Shown piece after piece: positions 6,824 through 16,123 of a DNA stretch of 24,266 nt (within the stretch, counting starts at the first letter, position 1; each line of letters opens with the position of its first letter). The notes beneath the pieces were generated by a model. That model had not been told where the DNA came from and ran no database searches. It saw nothing but the letters and a program-made list of their open reading frames with translations. The position numbers were made by a program, and so were the translations under genes. Source of the stretch: a virus (Duplodnaviria > Caudoviricetes); the IMG/VR virus record IMGVR_UViG_3300042402_005088, positions 1-24,266 of that record, one strand, 5' to 3'.

Positions 6824-7999
6824 TCAGAAGTGGCAGATCGAGAAACCAGCGTCGGCGCCGTCGGCGTCAAACTCGATGGCATGCGTGGCCAGGCCCTCGC
6901 GGTTGCGCGGATCGAAGGCCGTTGCCTTGGCGCTGGGCACGCAGAAGGCGAAGCGGTTGCCGGCGGTGCTGCCGATGATGCCGGCCAGCGGCATGGCGGT
7001 GCCGGCCTTGAAGTTCGTCATCAGCCCGGCGGCGTAGGTGGTGTGTTGATAGGGGTCGAGGCTGCCGCCCATGGCGCGTTCCACCGGCACCGCGGCGCCG
7101 AAGCCCTCGCTGCTCTCGGGATCGTCGGGAAGGATGATGTTCACGCCGGTGTTGAGCTGCAGCGTCTTGATCTGGGCAAGGCGGCGATTGAACTGGCTCT
7201 GCCCCGCCACCCAGCGCGGCGGGACGATGGCGATGCGGGTGTTGGCGGCGGTGGCGGCGGCGCTGGGCAGCGAAGTCGCGGTCTTGGCGCCGTACTGGGC
7301 GCGCATCTCGAACGTCCAGTAGCCGATGCCGCCGGCTTCGAGCTGCAGCGAGGCGTTGCCCATGGCGCCGGTGAAGGTCCACAGCATGCCGTCGGCGTAG
7401 AAGTAGATGGTGAGGGTCTTGTACACGCTCTCATCGCTGGTCGGCGTGTAGAGCACGTTGATGGGGATCTGCAGCGTGCTGGAGGTCGTCATCGTGGTGC
7501 GGGTATCGGCCACGGTGATGACGCGACCGGCGGTGTAGTCGGTGATGACCGTGGTCCCGGGCGAAACCGCGGCGATGATCAGCGGCATGCCGCGATACTG
7601 CTGCGCCGTGGTGCCGAAGGGGCTGGCCGCGGTCACGGTGGTGGTGGTGCCCGCCGTCGCCGCCGTGGGGGCGCCTACGGCGCTGGCCGTGGTGGTTTCG
7701 GCAAAGGTGCAGGCCTGGAGGAACTTGCCCCACTCCGGGGCCGTGCCTGCCGTGCCGGAGCCACGCAGGGGCATGCGGATGCGCAGGCGCGGGCGCAGGC
7801 CGCCGACCTGGCGGGCGGTGCGGTCGAGGCTGCCGTTGTATTCCGGGATGTCCAGAACCTGGGGATCGAACTGCACCTCGCAGTCGGCGCCGATCCAGTC
7901 GGTGGAGCCGACAGAGCCGCCGAAGATATCGGTGCCCACCGTGGTTTCGATCTTGGCCGCCAGCGCGGCGAACTTCATGCGGACGAGATTGGTGGACAT
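6824..7999 (-). CDS. Major tail (tube) protein
   Basis: 391 aa, Thr/Ala/Gly-rich and beta-rich; N-terminal LAAKIETTVGTD, PLRGSGTAGTAPEWGKFLQAC and TLTIYFYADG motifs; positioned between terminator and chaperone genes. Confidence 0.8.
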   Translation of the reverse strand: MSTNLVRMKFAALAAKIETTVGTDIFGGSVGSTDWIGADCEVQFDPQVLDIPEYNGSLDRTARQVGGLRPRLRIRMPLRGSGTAGTAPEWGKFLQACTFAETTTASAVGAPTAATAGTTTTVTAASPFGTTAQQYRGMPLIIAAVSPGTTVITDYTAGRVITVADTRTTMTTSSTLQIPINVLYTPTSDESVYKTLTIYFYADGMLWTFTGAMGNASLQLEAGGIGYWTFEMRAQYGAKTATSLPSAAATAANTRIAIVPPRWVAGQSQFNRRLAQIKTLQLNTGVNIILPDDPESSEGFGAAVPVERAMGGSLDPYQHTTYAAGLMTNFKAGTAMPLAGIIGSTAGNRFAFCVPSAKATAFDPRNREGLATHAIEFDADGADAGFSICHF

Positions 8000-8056
8000 G
8001 GCGCGGAGGCTCCATCAGGAATGCGGGCCTTGCCGAAGGGCGGATGCGGCGAGGCT

Positions 8057-8494
8057 TCAGGCCACCAATGGGCCGAGGCAAAGCATCGTGAAGCGGGCGG
8101 TGAACTCGCCGACCGGCTTGGCCGATTCCTCTGCATCCAGCAGCCGCAACTCCGCCCCTTCCTGGGCAGGCTCGCCCAAGCTGGAGGTGCTGGGCGTCCA
8201 ACCGGAGAGGGCGGCAACGGTGCTGGCGTGCAGTTCGGCCATGGCCTGTTCGGCGAGGATGTCGGTGCGCGCCCTGACATAGCCGGTGACGGCGAAGGAC
8301 AGCGTGTAGTGGACGGCAAGCGGTTCGGCCGCCTCGTCTGCCGACCAATCCGTGCCGGTCAGCACCAGGCGGGGCAGCGGTTCCTTGTCCACATCCACCG
8401 CGGCGCGGCGGGCGCGCTCCACCGTGGCGGTGGGGATTTGCGTGGTGAGGCGCGCGGCGATTGCGGCGAGGGCGGTTTCGCGGAGGGCGGTCAT
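8057..8494 (-). CDS. Tail terminator-like protein (145 aa)
   Basis: ATG at 8494 overlaps the upstream stop (ATGA); MTALRETALAAIAARL start typical of phage tail-completion proteins; synteny. Confidence 0.7.
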   Translation of the reverse strand: MTALRETALAAIAARLTTQIPTATVERARRAAVDVDKEPLPRLVLTGTDWSADEAAEPLAVHYTLSFAVTGYVRARTDILAEQAMAELHASTVAALSGWTPSTSSLGEPAQEGAELRLLDAEESAKPVGEFTARFTMLCLGPLVA

Positions 8495-8799
8495 GTGGTG
8501 GCCGGCTCGCTCAACGTCAGCTTCCACGACAGCCCAAGCACGTCGCGCTCCGTGTCCTCCACCGCGTAGGTGGCGGCCCCGATGCGCAGCTCGTCGCCCT
8601 TTTGCGGCGTGTCGGTGATCGCCGCCGCGCGGATCTCGGCCTGCATCGTGCCGGCGCGGGCCGTACCGATGACGTCGGTGGGCTGGGACAGGATCACGCG
8701 GACGCTCTGCCAGGTGTAGGGGGGGCGGCGGAACGAGGCCGCGGTGCCCATGTTGGCGTCGGCGTGCAGGGTGGTGAGGGCGGTGGCGAAGGCGGTCAT
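8491..8799 (-). CDS. Head-tail joining protein (gpFII-like)
   Basis: 102 aa beta-rich with PQKGDELRIGAATYAV...W C-terminal pattern; synteny after head genes. Confidence 0.75.
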   Translation of the reverse strand: MTAFATALTTLHADANMGTAASFRRPPYTWQSVRVILSQPTDVIGTARAGTMQAEIRAAAITDTPQKGDELRIGAATYAVEDTERDVLGLSWKLTLSEPATT

Positions 8800-9683
8800 T
8801 TGCTAGCCACCGCGGCAGCCACCGTAGCCACCATGTCCGCGTCACCTTGGCGCACCGCGTAGGATGAGGGGGGGATACTGGACGTTTGTCCCATCACCAG
8901 TCCCACCCGATGCACTGCAGGAGGTGCGACTGGTTTGGCAGCAGCCGGCTTCTCCTCCGGCGGGTTCACAAAGACCGAAGTCGGATCACCCTCAAACGTG
9001 GTCGTCCCGTTGTGGGTGAGCAGGATGAACGGGTCCAGCAGCACGCGCCCGCCGATCTGGCGCCAGCGCATGCAGAACGCGTAATCCTCGCTCCAATACT
9101 GGCGCGTTTCGGGATCGGTGTAGCAGCCGAACAGGTCGAGGATTTGCACCTCCCCCGTGGCGCCGTCCCGATACCAGAGATCATGGTAGGCGCCGGCCAT
9201 CTTCATCGCCACGTCGCGGGAGATGCAGACGAAGCCGCCGGCCAGGCACATGATCTCGACCAGCCCGGATTCCGACACCACCGCGCCCTGTTGCAGCGGC
9301 ACCATGGCGGGGTCGTAGCGGTCGCGGTTCTTCTTCGCGTAGGTGCCGCCCACCAGTGCGTTCGGGTTGGCCTGGGAATGGGCCACCAGCCGCAGCACAT
9401 CGCGCCCGGTGAAACCAATGTCGGCGTCGATGAAGACGAGGTGCGAGGCGTCGCTGGCCAGGAAGTCATGCAGGACGCGGTTGCGGCCCCGCGGAATCAG
9501 GCTCTCGTTGCGCACGGTATGCAGGCCCAGCGAGATCCCGCGCCGGGCGCATTCCTGCTGGAGATCGAACACCCCCAGCAGGTAGCGGTCGAAGCACTGG
9601 CCGCCGTACATCGGCGTTCCAATCAGGATGCCCGTGGGCGTCCTGGCCAGTTCCATCGGCGGCGCGGTGTCGCGTACCGTCAT
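8796..9683 (-). CDS. GT-A fold glycosyltransferase-like protein
   Basis: ILIGTPMYGG, NESLIPRGRN, DxD motif HLVFIDADIGF, GGFVCISR, SEDYAFCMRWRQIGG and LTHNG motifs; coupled to flanking head genes. Confidence 0.8.
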   Translation of the reverse strand: MTVRDTAPPMELARTPTGILIGTPMYGGQCFDRYLLGVFDLQQECARRGISLGLHTVRNESLIPRGRNRVLHDFLASDASHLVFIDADIGFTGRDVLRLVAHSQANPNALVGGTYAKKNRDRYDPAMVPLQQGAVVSESGLVEIMCLAGGFVCISRDVAMKMAGAYHDLWYRDGATGEVQILDLFGCYTDPETRQYWSEDYAFCMRWRQIGGRVLLDPFILLTHNGTTTFEGDPTSVFVNPPEEKPAAAKPVAPPAVHRVGLVMGQTSSIPPSSYAVRQGDADMVATVAAAVASK

Positions 9684-9686
9684 GGG

Positions 9687-10031
9687 CTACAGCGCGTTGG
9701 GGTTGAGCGCGATGGTTGCCGTGGTGTCGGTATTGCCCACCGCCGCCAGAAACACCCCGACCTTGGTGTTCGACGTCGCCGAGATGCCAACGATCGAGTT
9801 GGTGTTGTCCCAGTAGGCGATGGCGCCGGCCGCGGCGCTGGTGCTGACGGCGTTGGCCTTGGCCAGCGTCCAAACACCGCCGCGGGCCAGCGCCACGTTG
9901 GCGCCGCTGTCGGCATTGGCCAGGGCCACGCCGTAGAGCTGGGTGCCGACGATGACCACGCGGCCAGCGACGACGTTGTGCGGGGCCGCGACGGTCAGCA
10001 GATCGCCCGGCCCAACATAGTTGTTTGCCAT
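9687..10031 (-). CDS. DUF2190-family capsid cement/decoration protein
   Basis: 114 aa, MANNYVGPGD...GVAL...GVWTLAK...GAIAYWD pattern; directly after the capsid gene; AGGAG RBS. Confidence 0.85.
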   Translation of the reverse strand: MANNYVGPGDLLTVAAPHNVVAGRVVIVGTQLYGVALANADSGANVALARGGVWTLAKANAVSTSAAAGAIAYWDNTNSIVGISATSNTKVGVFLAAVGNTDTTATIALNPNAL

Positions 10032-10056
10032 GTCTCAGTCTCCTTGCTTGGGCCGA

Positions 10057-12024
10057 TCAGGCGCCGGGGTTGAAGTAGCCGCCGCGGTGGTCGACGGCGC
10101 CAACGGCGAAGTCGTGGATCACCTCGATGGCAAGGCCGTCGGTGCCGGGCACGTACTGCTGCACCCGAACCATCGGCGCGGTCTGGCCGTTCACGTAGCC
10201 GTAGACGTAGACCGGCGCGGACGCGGGGTCGGCGAACAGATACCAGCGATTGCCGGTCAGGTTCGCGTCGCTGATCGGGGTCAGGTCGGAGTAGAGGCCG
10301 ACATTGGCTCCGCTCTCCGGGCTCACGCGCGTGGTGTAGCGGATCGCCGCGCCACGGTAGGCCGCGCCGGTCAGCAGGTAGCGCGGGGTGATGTTCAGCT
10401 TGATGCCGTCCAGGCTGGTCTGCGCCATCATGGCAGCGTAGGCGGTATCCAGCGTGCTCTCGCTGATCGCGCCGCCGGAAGCTGCCTTGTTGGCCCGGGT
10501 GGCACCGGTGGTGAAGACCGCACCGGTGGAGGTCGAGAGCGTCGGGCCGTCGCCGCTGGCGGTGTTCACCAAGGCATAGGCCAGCGCGTTCTCGTAGTCG
10601 GCGACGCGGCGGCCGATCATGGCACCGAAATCGGTGAAGGCGCCGAGGTCGTCGTTGACCAGCGCCTGCCGGGTGATGCGGACCTGGCGGGCATAGGTCT
10701 TCGGCGTGATGCTTTCGCGCTTCTCGCTGATCGTGCCGGCGGTGATCGCGCCGCCCTCGGCCAGCTCCGCCAGCGCCGGGAAATCGCCGGCCATCAGGAA
10801 CTTGTGCGCCTTGAAGTCGGCGAACGAGCGCTGGCCGAAGAACGTGCGGTAGGACGGCGATGCCGCGGTAAAGCCGGCCATCAGCATCTTGTTCCCGGCG
10901 GCTTCCAGCAGCAGCGGGAAGTCGCTGGTGGTGTGGAACGAGCGCTCCACCAGGCGGGCGCGGTCGCGGAAGGTGACGCGCTCGCCGCGGGCCCCGGCCA
11001 GCTCCATCAGCATTTCGGAAGGGCGCAGGTTGGCGAACTCGCGAAAGCGCGGGTTGGTGTCGGCGGCCGTGGCCAGCGCCGGCATGGCGCGGACCGCGAT
11101 GGCGTCGGCCATGGCTGCGATCATCTGCGCCGGGTCGTCGTTCGACGGGCCGCTGTTCGGCGAGGCCGGGATGCTCGGCGCCGGGCCGCGCTTCACGGCT
11201 TCGTCCCACAGCGCGGAGCGCAGGGCTTCGGCCGTCCAGCCCTCGCTCTGCGCGCGCTGGTGCAGCGGGTCCACCGTCTCGGCCGGCACCATGGCGCGGG
11301 CCGCGGTCACGATCGGCAGCAGGGAGGAGATGCGGGCGCGTTCGGCCGTGACGGCCTCCTGCGTTGCACGGGCGGCGTCGGCGGCGGGGACGGAATCCGC
11401 CGGGGGCTGGTCTGTCATGGTGGGGGACTCCGTAGGAGGTTCGGGTGCAGTCACCTCGGCCGGAAGGTCCGGCTCCAGCGCGGTCATGCGGGGTTGCGGG
11501 GAATCGCTGCGGACGCCCGCAGCGGCGTCGACAGGAACGGCGACAAGGGAAATCTCGTAGGGCTCCCAATCGACGGCGCGGTGGACGGTCAGGGCGCCGT
11601 CGCGGATCGGTTCGTACTTGAACACGCGGTAGCCGACGCTGACGCTGCGGAGCGTGCCTTCCACGATGCGGTGCCAGATCGGCTCCACATCGGGCGCGCG
11701 GGACATTTGCAGCGTCGCGATGCCGCGGCCCCGCTCCACGCGGGCCGACACCACGCGGCCGATCACGCTGGCGGCGCCTTGCATGCGGTGGGTATCAAGC
11801 ACCGGTGCCTGGCCGGACGTGAGGCGGTCCATGCGGACGGCGCCCATGTCCAGTTCTTCCATAATCTGGCCGAGCGCCGGCACGTAGTTGGCTGCGCGCG
11901 CGCCGGTGCTCCAGACCACGTCAACGGTGCGGTCGGCTTCGTTTACGCTCATCGGGGCGGCCAGCGCGCGCGCGGCCACCATGACCACCTCGGGGGGCGG
12001 CGCCTGTTCCGTCTCGTCCGTCAT
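10057..12024 (-). CDS. Prohead protease-major capsid protein fusion
   Basis: N-terminal HK97-type protease motifs (APVLDTH, SVSVGY, DWEPYEISLVAVPVD), Pro/Ala linker, C-terminal capsid domain (HTTSDFPLLL, TRQALVNDDLGAF, DFAVGAVDHRG). Confidence 0.92.
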   Translation of the reverse strand: MTDETEQAPPPEVVMVAARALAAPMSVNEADRTVDVVWSTGARAANYVPALGQIMEELDMGAVRMDRLTSGQAPVLDTHRMQGAASVIGRVVSARVERGRGIATLQMSRAPDVEPIWHRIVEGTLRSVSVGYRVFKYEPIRDGALTVHRAVDWEPYEISLVAVPVDAAAGVRSDSPQPRMTALEPDLPAEVTAPEPPTESPTMTDQPPADSVPAADAARATQEAVTAERARISSLLPIVTAARAMVPAETVDPLHQRAQSEGWTAEALRSALWDEAVKRGPAPSIPASPNSGPSNDDPAQMIAAMADAIAVRAMPALATAADTNPRFREFANLRPSEMLMELAGARGERVTFRDRARLVERSFHTTSDFPLLLEAAGNKMLMAGFTAASPSYRTFFGQRSFADFKAHKFLMAGDFPALAELAEGGAITAGTISEKRESITPKTYARQVRITRQALVNDDLGAFTDFGAMIGRRVADYENALAYALVNTASGDGPTLSTSTGAVFTTGATRANKAASGGAISESTLDTAYAAMMAQTSLDGIKLNITPRYLLTGAAYRGAAIRYTTRVSPESGANVGLYSDLTPISDANLTGNRWYLFADPASAPVYVYGYVNGQTAPMVRVQQYVPGTDGLAIEVIHDFAVGAVDHRGGYFNPGA

Positions 12025-13532
12025 ACTTGTGGCTCCGGTGCCGGCTCGCGCCGAGGCTGCGCGGCGCCGGTGGCCGCAATCTCAATCGCCGCGATCTGCG
12101 CGGCATCCTGGGCGGCGCCCGACTTGGCGACGCGGCGGGGGTCGGTGTCGAGCGACACGCCGGCACCATCAAGCAGCGCGTTGTTTTCTTTGTAGCTGCC
12201 CACCGTCTCCTTGACGGTGTAGCCAAACCCGGCCACCGCCTCGGAAAGCGGCACAAACCCGGCGCGAACCTGCGCCACAAGCGCCGTCGTGTCCTTCAGC
12301 GGATCAATCATCTCATGCGGCGGCGGGACATGCTCCACCGCGGGCATCTCTGCTTCCCACAACCCCAGCATCGCGCCTTGCACGTGGAACCGATCGGCGA
12401 CGCGCGCCACAAACATCGGGATCAGCATCCCGTATTGGATTTGCTCGCACAGCCGGCGGAACTCGATCTTGCCGGCGCGCAGGCTGGAATAGTTGGCCTG
12501 GGTCAGGTCGCCGGAAACCTGGTCGTAGGTGAGTCCAGAGCCTACGGCGCCGGCTTCCAGCGCGCGCTTGGCCAGCGAGACATGGGAACCGCCACTGGAG
12601 GGGTTGATGGCATCGAAAGACGAGCCGGCACCGTTGGTGCGGCGATACAGCAGCAAGCCCGGCTCGAAAGTCTCCACCACGTTGCCGCGGGCATCGCGGA
12701 ACAGGCCATCCGAGCCTTGCGTTTCCGTGCCCGAGGTTGACGCGGCGCCGATGACGCCCTCGCTCTCATCCGTCACGGCGCCGACCAGGCAAGCCTCGAT
12801 CTTGGCCTTCTGCAGCAGCGCGGCCTCGTAGTCGCTGAGGTCGCGAAGGTGGCGCAGCACCGGCGCCAGCCACGACACGTCGCGCAACTGGCCGGGCCGG
12901 CGCTTGCGGAAGACGTGCATCACCTCCGAGGCCGGCACGCGCACGCTTTCGACCGCGACGGCGTCAAAGATCCAGGAATTCCCGGGGTGGGTTCGATACA
13001 GCCAATAGGCAGCTGGGCGGCCCGTTTCGTCCAGGCCAATGCCCTGCACGGTGCGCTCGCCGTTGATGATCCCGTTGCGCGAGGAATCGAGAAAGTCGCT
13101 TTCCAGCACCTGCAGGCGCAACCCGATCGGGTTGGCTGGCGTCGGCCGGGAAAACAGGAATCGAACGAAGACCTCGCCGCTCTCGACCACGCCGCGAATC
13201 ACCAGCGCCTGCATGGCCGCGAAGTTTTGGTGCCCTTCGGCGTCGCATTCCAGGCCGCCAGCCCAGCGCTTCCAAACTGCCGCGTGCTGTTCATCCGGCC
13301 AGGCGGTTGTGATGCCGGAGCCGACTGCATTGCCCGCCCAGAGATCCACGATGCGCGCGCCGTAGGGGTTGTTCCGCACCGCCTCGCGAGCGCGCCGCGC
13401 AACAGTGTGGGCAGCCGCGCCGACCTCCGCCGTGGCAGAGGCGCCGCTGTCCCGAAACGTCGTCCCACGGTCGTTCTGCGCCGCCGCATAGGCACGCTTG
13501 GCGCCAAACCCGAGCCAGGAGAGCAGGCCCAT
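12021..13532 (-). CDS. Lambda-family portal protein (503 aa)
   Basis: ATG at 13532 coupled to the upstream stop; AREAVRNNPY, ESGEVF, LQVLESDFLD, RPGQLRDVSW, GDLTQANYSSLRAG and IDPLKD motifs. Confidence 0.93.
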   Translation of the reverse strand: MGLLSWLGFGAKRAYAAAQNDRGTTFRDSGASATAEVGAAAHTVARRAREAVRNNPYGARIVDLWAGNAVGSGITTAWPDEQHAAVWKRWAGGLECDAEGHQNFAAMQALVIRGVVESGEVFVRFLFSRPTPANPIGLRLQVLESDFLDSSRNGIINGERTVQGIGLDETGRPAAYWLYRTHPGNSWIFDAVAVESVRVPASEVMHVFRKRRPGQLRDVSWLAPVLRHLRDLSDYEAALLQKAKIEACLVGAVTDESEGVIGAASTSGTETQGSDGLFRDARGNVVETFEPGLLLYRRTNGAGSSFDAINPSSGGSHVSLAKRALEAGAVGSGLTYDQVSGDLTQANYSSLRAGKIEFRRLCEQIQYGMLIPMFVARVADRFHVQGAMLGLWEAEMPAVEHVPPPHEMIDPLKDTTALVAQVRAGFVPLSEAVAGFGYTVKETVGSYKENNALLDGAGVSLDTDPRRVAKSGAAQDAAQIAAIEIAATGAAQPRREPAPEPQV

Positions 13533-13732
13533 CAGTAGCCCCGATCGAAACGCACGAGGGTGGACCGCGGCGGGCGGCTGGTGCTGACCACACCCGCGAT
13601 CGTGGCGCGCACCTTCAGCAGTTCGGTTGCGCTCTGGTACGTCACTTCGCGACCGTCGGCGTAGCGGACGCGCAGGGCGCCGGTTGCCAGCGCTGCCTCC
13701 ACCGTGGCGAGGTCGGCTGTTGTCCACGCCAT
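13532..13732 (-). CDS. gpW-like head completion protein
   Basis: 66 aa between terminase and portal; ALATGALRVRYADGREVTYQS motif; GGAGG RBS. Confidence 0.85.
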   Translation of the reverse strand: MAWTTADLATVEAALATGALRVRYADGREVTYQSATELLKVRATIAGVVSTSRPPRSTLVRFDRGY

Positions 13733-13748
13733 TGCCGCCTCCTTCGCC

Positions 13749-15671
13749 TCAGCGGCGCTGAATCCAGTTGCTCTCGCGAAACTTGACCGCCGGGGCCGCT
13801 ACCGCAGGTGCCGGCATGACCGCGGCCACATCGGCCGGCACCGGCGCGACCTGCACGCCCATGGCATCCGCCATCCGGTCCCAGCGCCCGACGCTCCAGG
13901 CATCCATGCCCATCGCCGCAGTTGCCGCCCGGGCGTACACCCGGCAGTCAAGCGCCTCGTTGCGTTCGCGGGTTTTCACCCATTCCATCTTGGTAAACCC
14001 GCCTTTGCCGCGGCGGGCCATCAGCTGCTCGGCGGTGATCTGCCGGCAGAATTCTTCCCCGGCGGCGTGGGTGGGGAGATGCACGTAACCCTGGGGGAAC
14101 GGCTCGCCGCTTTCTTCCGTCGGCCGGTCCAGTTTCAGCCAGCCGTAAAGCTCGCCCTTGAGGTAGCTTGACCCCACTGGCCAGACCTTGAGGCCGCCCA
14201 TCTTCGCGCCGTTGCGCCGGATCTCGGTCTTGCTCGGCAGGCCGATGGCTTGCCGCAGTGCGTCCTGGCCCTTCACCGCTATCACCCGGGGGCCAGCGCT
14301 GCGCGTGAAGGCGTAGACCTCCGCCGTGGTGGTGCCGTCGCCGCTGTCCACTGCGGTCATGGACAGGCCCAGCAGTTGCCCGCTGGCGTGGCGCCATTGC
14401 TCATCCAGGACCGTCCGCAGCGCCTGCCACACGGCGGATTCGAAAGGGTTGCCAGGCAAGACGCGGTGCCCGATCAGCCAACTCTGCTTGTCGCGGCCCC
14501 AGGCGTAGATGCTGACCTCAATCCGGTCCCGCTGCACGTCTGCGCCCGCCGTCAGAAACAGCCCGCCGGCCGGGATCGTGCCGGGCTCCCATTCCTCGCG
14601 CCGGTCATAGAGCCGTTGCCAGTCCGGGGCCTCGCCGCGTTCCTGCCAGGTCTCGCCCAGCACGGTGTTCTTGAACGTCTTCAGGGCTTGATCCTTGCCC
14701 TGCGCCGCTTCCCAATCGCGCGCGATCTGTTCCCAGGACAGCCAACCCACCGGGGAATACAGGCTCGAAATATGGAACCCGACGACGCCCGGCGAAGTCG
14801 CCTCAGCCGTTGCGCGCCACTCGCCGGCACCGAGCATCCACGTCTTGTGGCGTTCCGGGATCGGCGTTTCGCAGTCTTCGCACACATAGGCGGCCGTTTC
14901 GGGCCGGCCCTTCTCCCATCGCAGGCGTTCGAACTGAAGCCATTGCATGGCGCCACAATGCGGGCACGGCAGGAAGTAGCGCCGCTGGTCGCTGGCCTCG
15001 TATTCCCGTTCGATCCGCGACTGGCCCGCGATCGTCGGCGTGGAAACCAGAAATTCCTTCTTCCGCCGGCCAAAGGTGCGGGCGCGCGCCGACGCCAGCG
15101 CGATCGGATCGCCTTCGCCCTCCACATCGCCCGGATAGGCGTCCACCTCGTCCATGAACAGGTAGCGGGCCGACATGGACCGCAGCCCGACGGCACTGTT
15201 GGCGCCGGTGATGACGAGCTGGCCGCCGGCAAAGTCCTTCGACAGCATCGTGTTGCCGCTGTCGCGTTCCCGGGCCGCGGCAACGTAGCCGCGCAGGCTC
15301 GGGGTTTCCTCCAGCAACGGCTCGATGCGCTGGCGGCTAAACCGCTTCCCCAGTTCCACCGTGGGCTGCACGGTCAGCATCGGGCCCGGCGCGTGCTGGA
15401 TCACGTAGCCGATCCAGTTGTTTCCGCTCTCCGTCGCGCCGACCTGTGCGCCCTTCATGAACACCACCCGTTGCGCCGAGTGGGACGGCGAAAGGCAATC
15501 CATGATTTCGGCGAGGTATGGCGTGCGAGCGTTGCGCCATGGGCCCGGTTCGGCGCTGCCCTTGCTGGACAGCATGCGGTTTGCTTCGGCCCATTCGGAG
15601 ACGGTGAGGAGCGGTTCGGGCTTGATCCCGGCACGCCACGCGGCCTGGATTTCCGCAACGCCGTCGGACAT
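13749..15671 (-). CDS. Terminase large subunit, lambda GpA family
   Basis: 640 aa; PGPWRNARTPY, Walker A-like KGAQVGATE, Walker B YLFMDEVD, STPT, CPHC/CEDC, nuclease LTAGADVQ and RNEALDC motifs. Confidence 0.96.
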   Translation of the reverse strand: MSDGVAEIQAAWRAGIKPEPLLTVSEWAEANRMLSSKGSAEPGPWRNARTPYLAEIMDCLSPSHSAQRVVFMKGAQVGATESGNNWIGYVIQHAPGPMLTVQPTVELGKRFSRQRIEPLLEETPSLRGYVAAARERDSGNTMLSKDFAGGQLVITGANSAVGLRSMSARYLFMDEVDAYPGDVEGEGDPIALASARARTFGRRKKEFLVSTPTIAGQSRIEREYEASDQRRYFLPCPHCGAMQWLQFERLRWEKGRPETAAYVCEDCETPIPERHKTWMLGAGEWRATAEATSPGVVGFHISSLYSPVGWLSWEQIARDWEAAQGKDQALKTFKNTVLGETWQERGEAPDWQRLYDRREEWEPGTIPAGGLFLTAGADVQRDRIEVSIYAWGRDKQSWLIGHRVLPGNPFESAVWQALRTVLDEQWRHASGQLLGLSMTAVDSGDGTTTAEVYAFTRSAGPRVIAVKGQDALRQAIGLPSKTEIRRNGAKMGGLKVWPVGSSYLKGELYGWLKLDRPTEESGEPFPQGYVHLPTHAAGEEFCRQITAEQLMARRGKGGFTKMEWVKTRERNEALDCRVYARAATAAMGMDAWSVGRWDRMADAMGVQVAPVPADVAAVMPAPAVAAPAVKFRESNWIQRR

Positions 15672-16021
15672 CAGGGCTCCAGGACGATCTCCGCCCGCTC
15701 GGTCAGGTGGGCACGTAGGCTTGCATCAAGCGCGGACTGCAGCGCGTGTTGGTCGACACCCATCTCGGCGGCCAGGATCGGGGCAGCGCGCGCCGGCCAG
15801 GCCAAAATGGCGTCGCGCTCGGCCTGCGCCATCTCCTGCACGGCCTCCAGAACCTTGCCGCGATCGATCAACTCGCCGCGCATCTTGCCGGTTTCGAGTT
15901 CCGCCTTTTCGGCCAGCGCGGTGATGCGCCGAGTCTGGGCTTCCTCGTGCGTTTGCTTCCGTTTGCCCCAGCGTTTTTCGTTCATTGCCAGGGCGGCGTC
16001 GGTGGAATCGATTTTGGCCAT
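15671..16021 (-). CDS. Terminase small subunit (Nu1-like coiled-coil/C-terminal part, 116 aa)
   Basis: Coupled to terL (TGATG); RGELIDRGKV...ERDAILAWPARAAPILAAEMGVD motif. Short, and no N-terminal winged HTH is apparent. Confidence 0.8.
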   Translation of the reverse strand: MAKIDSTDAALAMNEKRWGKRKQTHEEAQTRRITALAEKAELETGKMRGELIDRGKVLEAVQEMAQAERDAILAWPARAAPILAAEMGVDQHALQSALDASLRAHLTERAEIVLEP

Positions 16022-16046
16022 CAGAGTCCGGAGGCCGGAGGAATCT

Positions 16047-16112
16047 AAATTCTGGGACTAGCGATGTTACGCGCTTATGCTGCCCGCATAGTGAGACGGC
16101 CAGGGAGAACCT
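16047..16112 (-). other. Candidate cos site (cosQ/cosN-like)
   Basis: Minus strand AGGTTCT-N20-GGGCAGCATAAG-CGCG-N5-TCGCTA-N7-AATTT parallels lambda GGGTCCT...GGGCGGCGACCT-CGCG-N5-TCGCTA; located between HNH and terS. Confidence 0.6.
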
Positions 16113-16123
16113 ACGATTGCGCA

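Noticed and set aside
6755-16061. Long plus-strand ORFs (6755-8569, 8886-10073, 10021-12195, 14250-16061)
   Set aside because: Antisense shadows of well-supported tail, glycosyltransferase, capsid and terminase genes.
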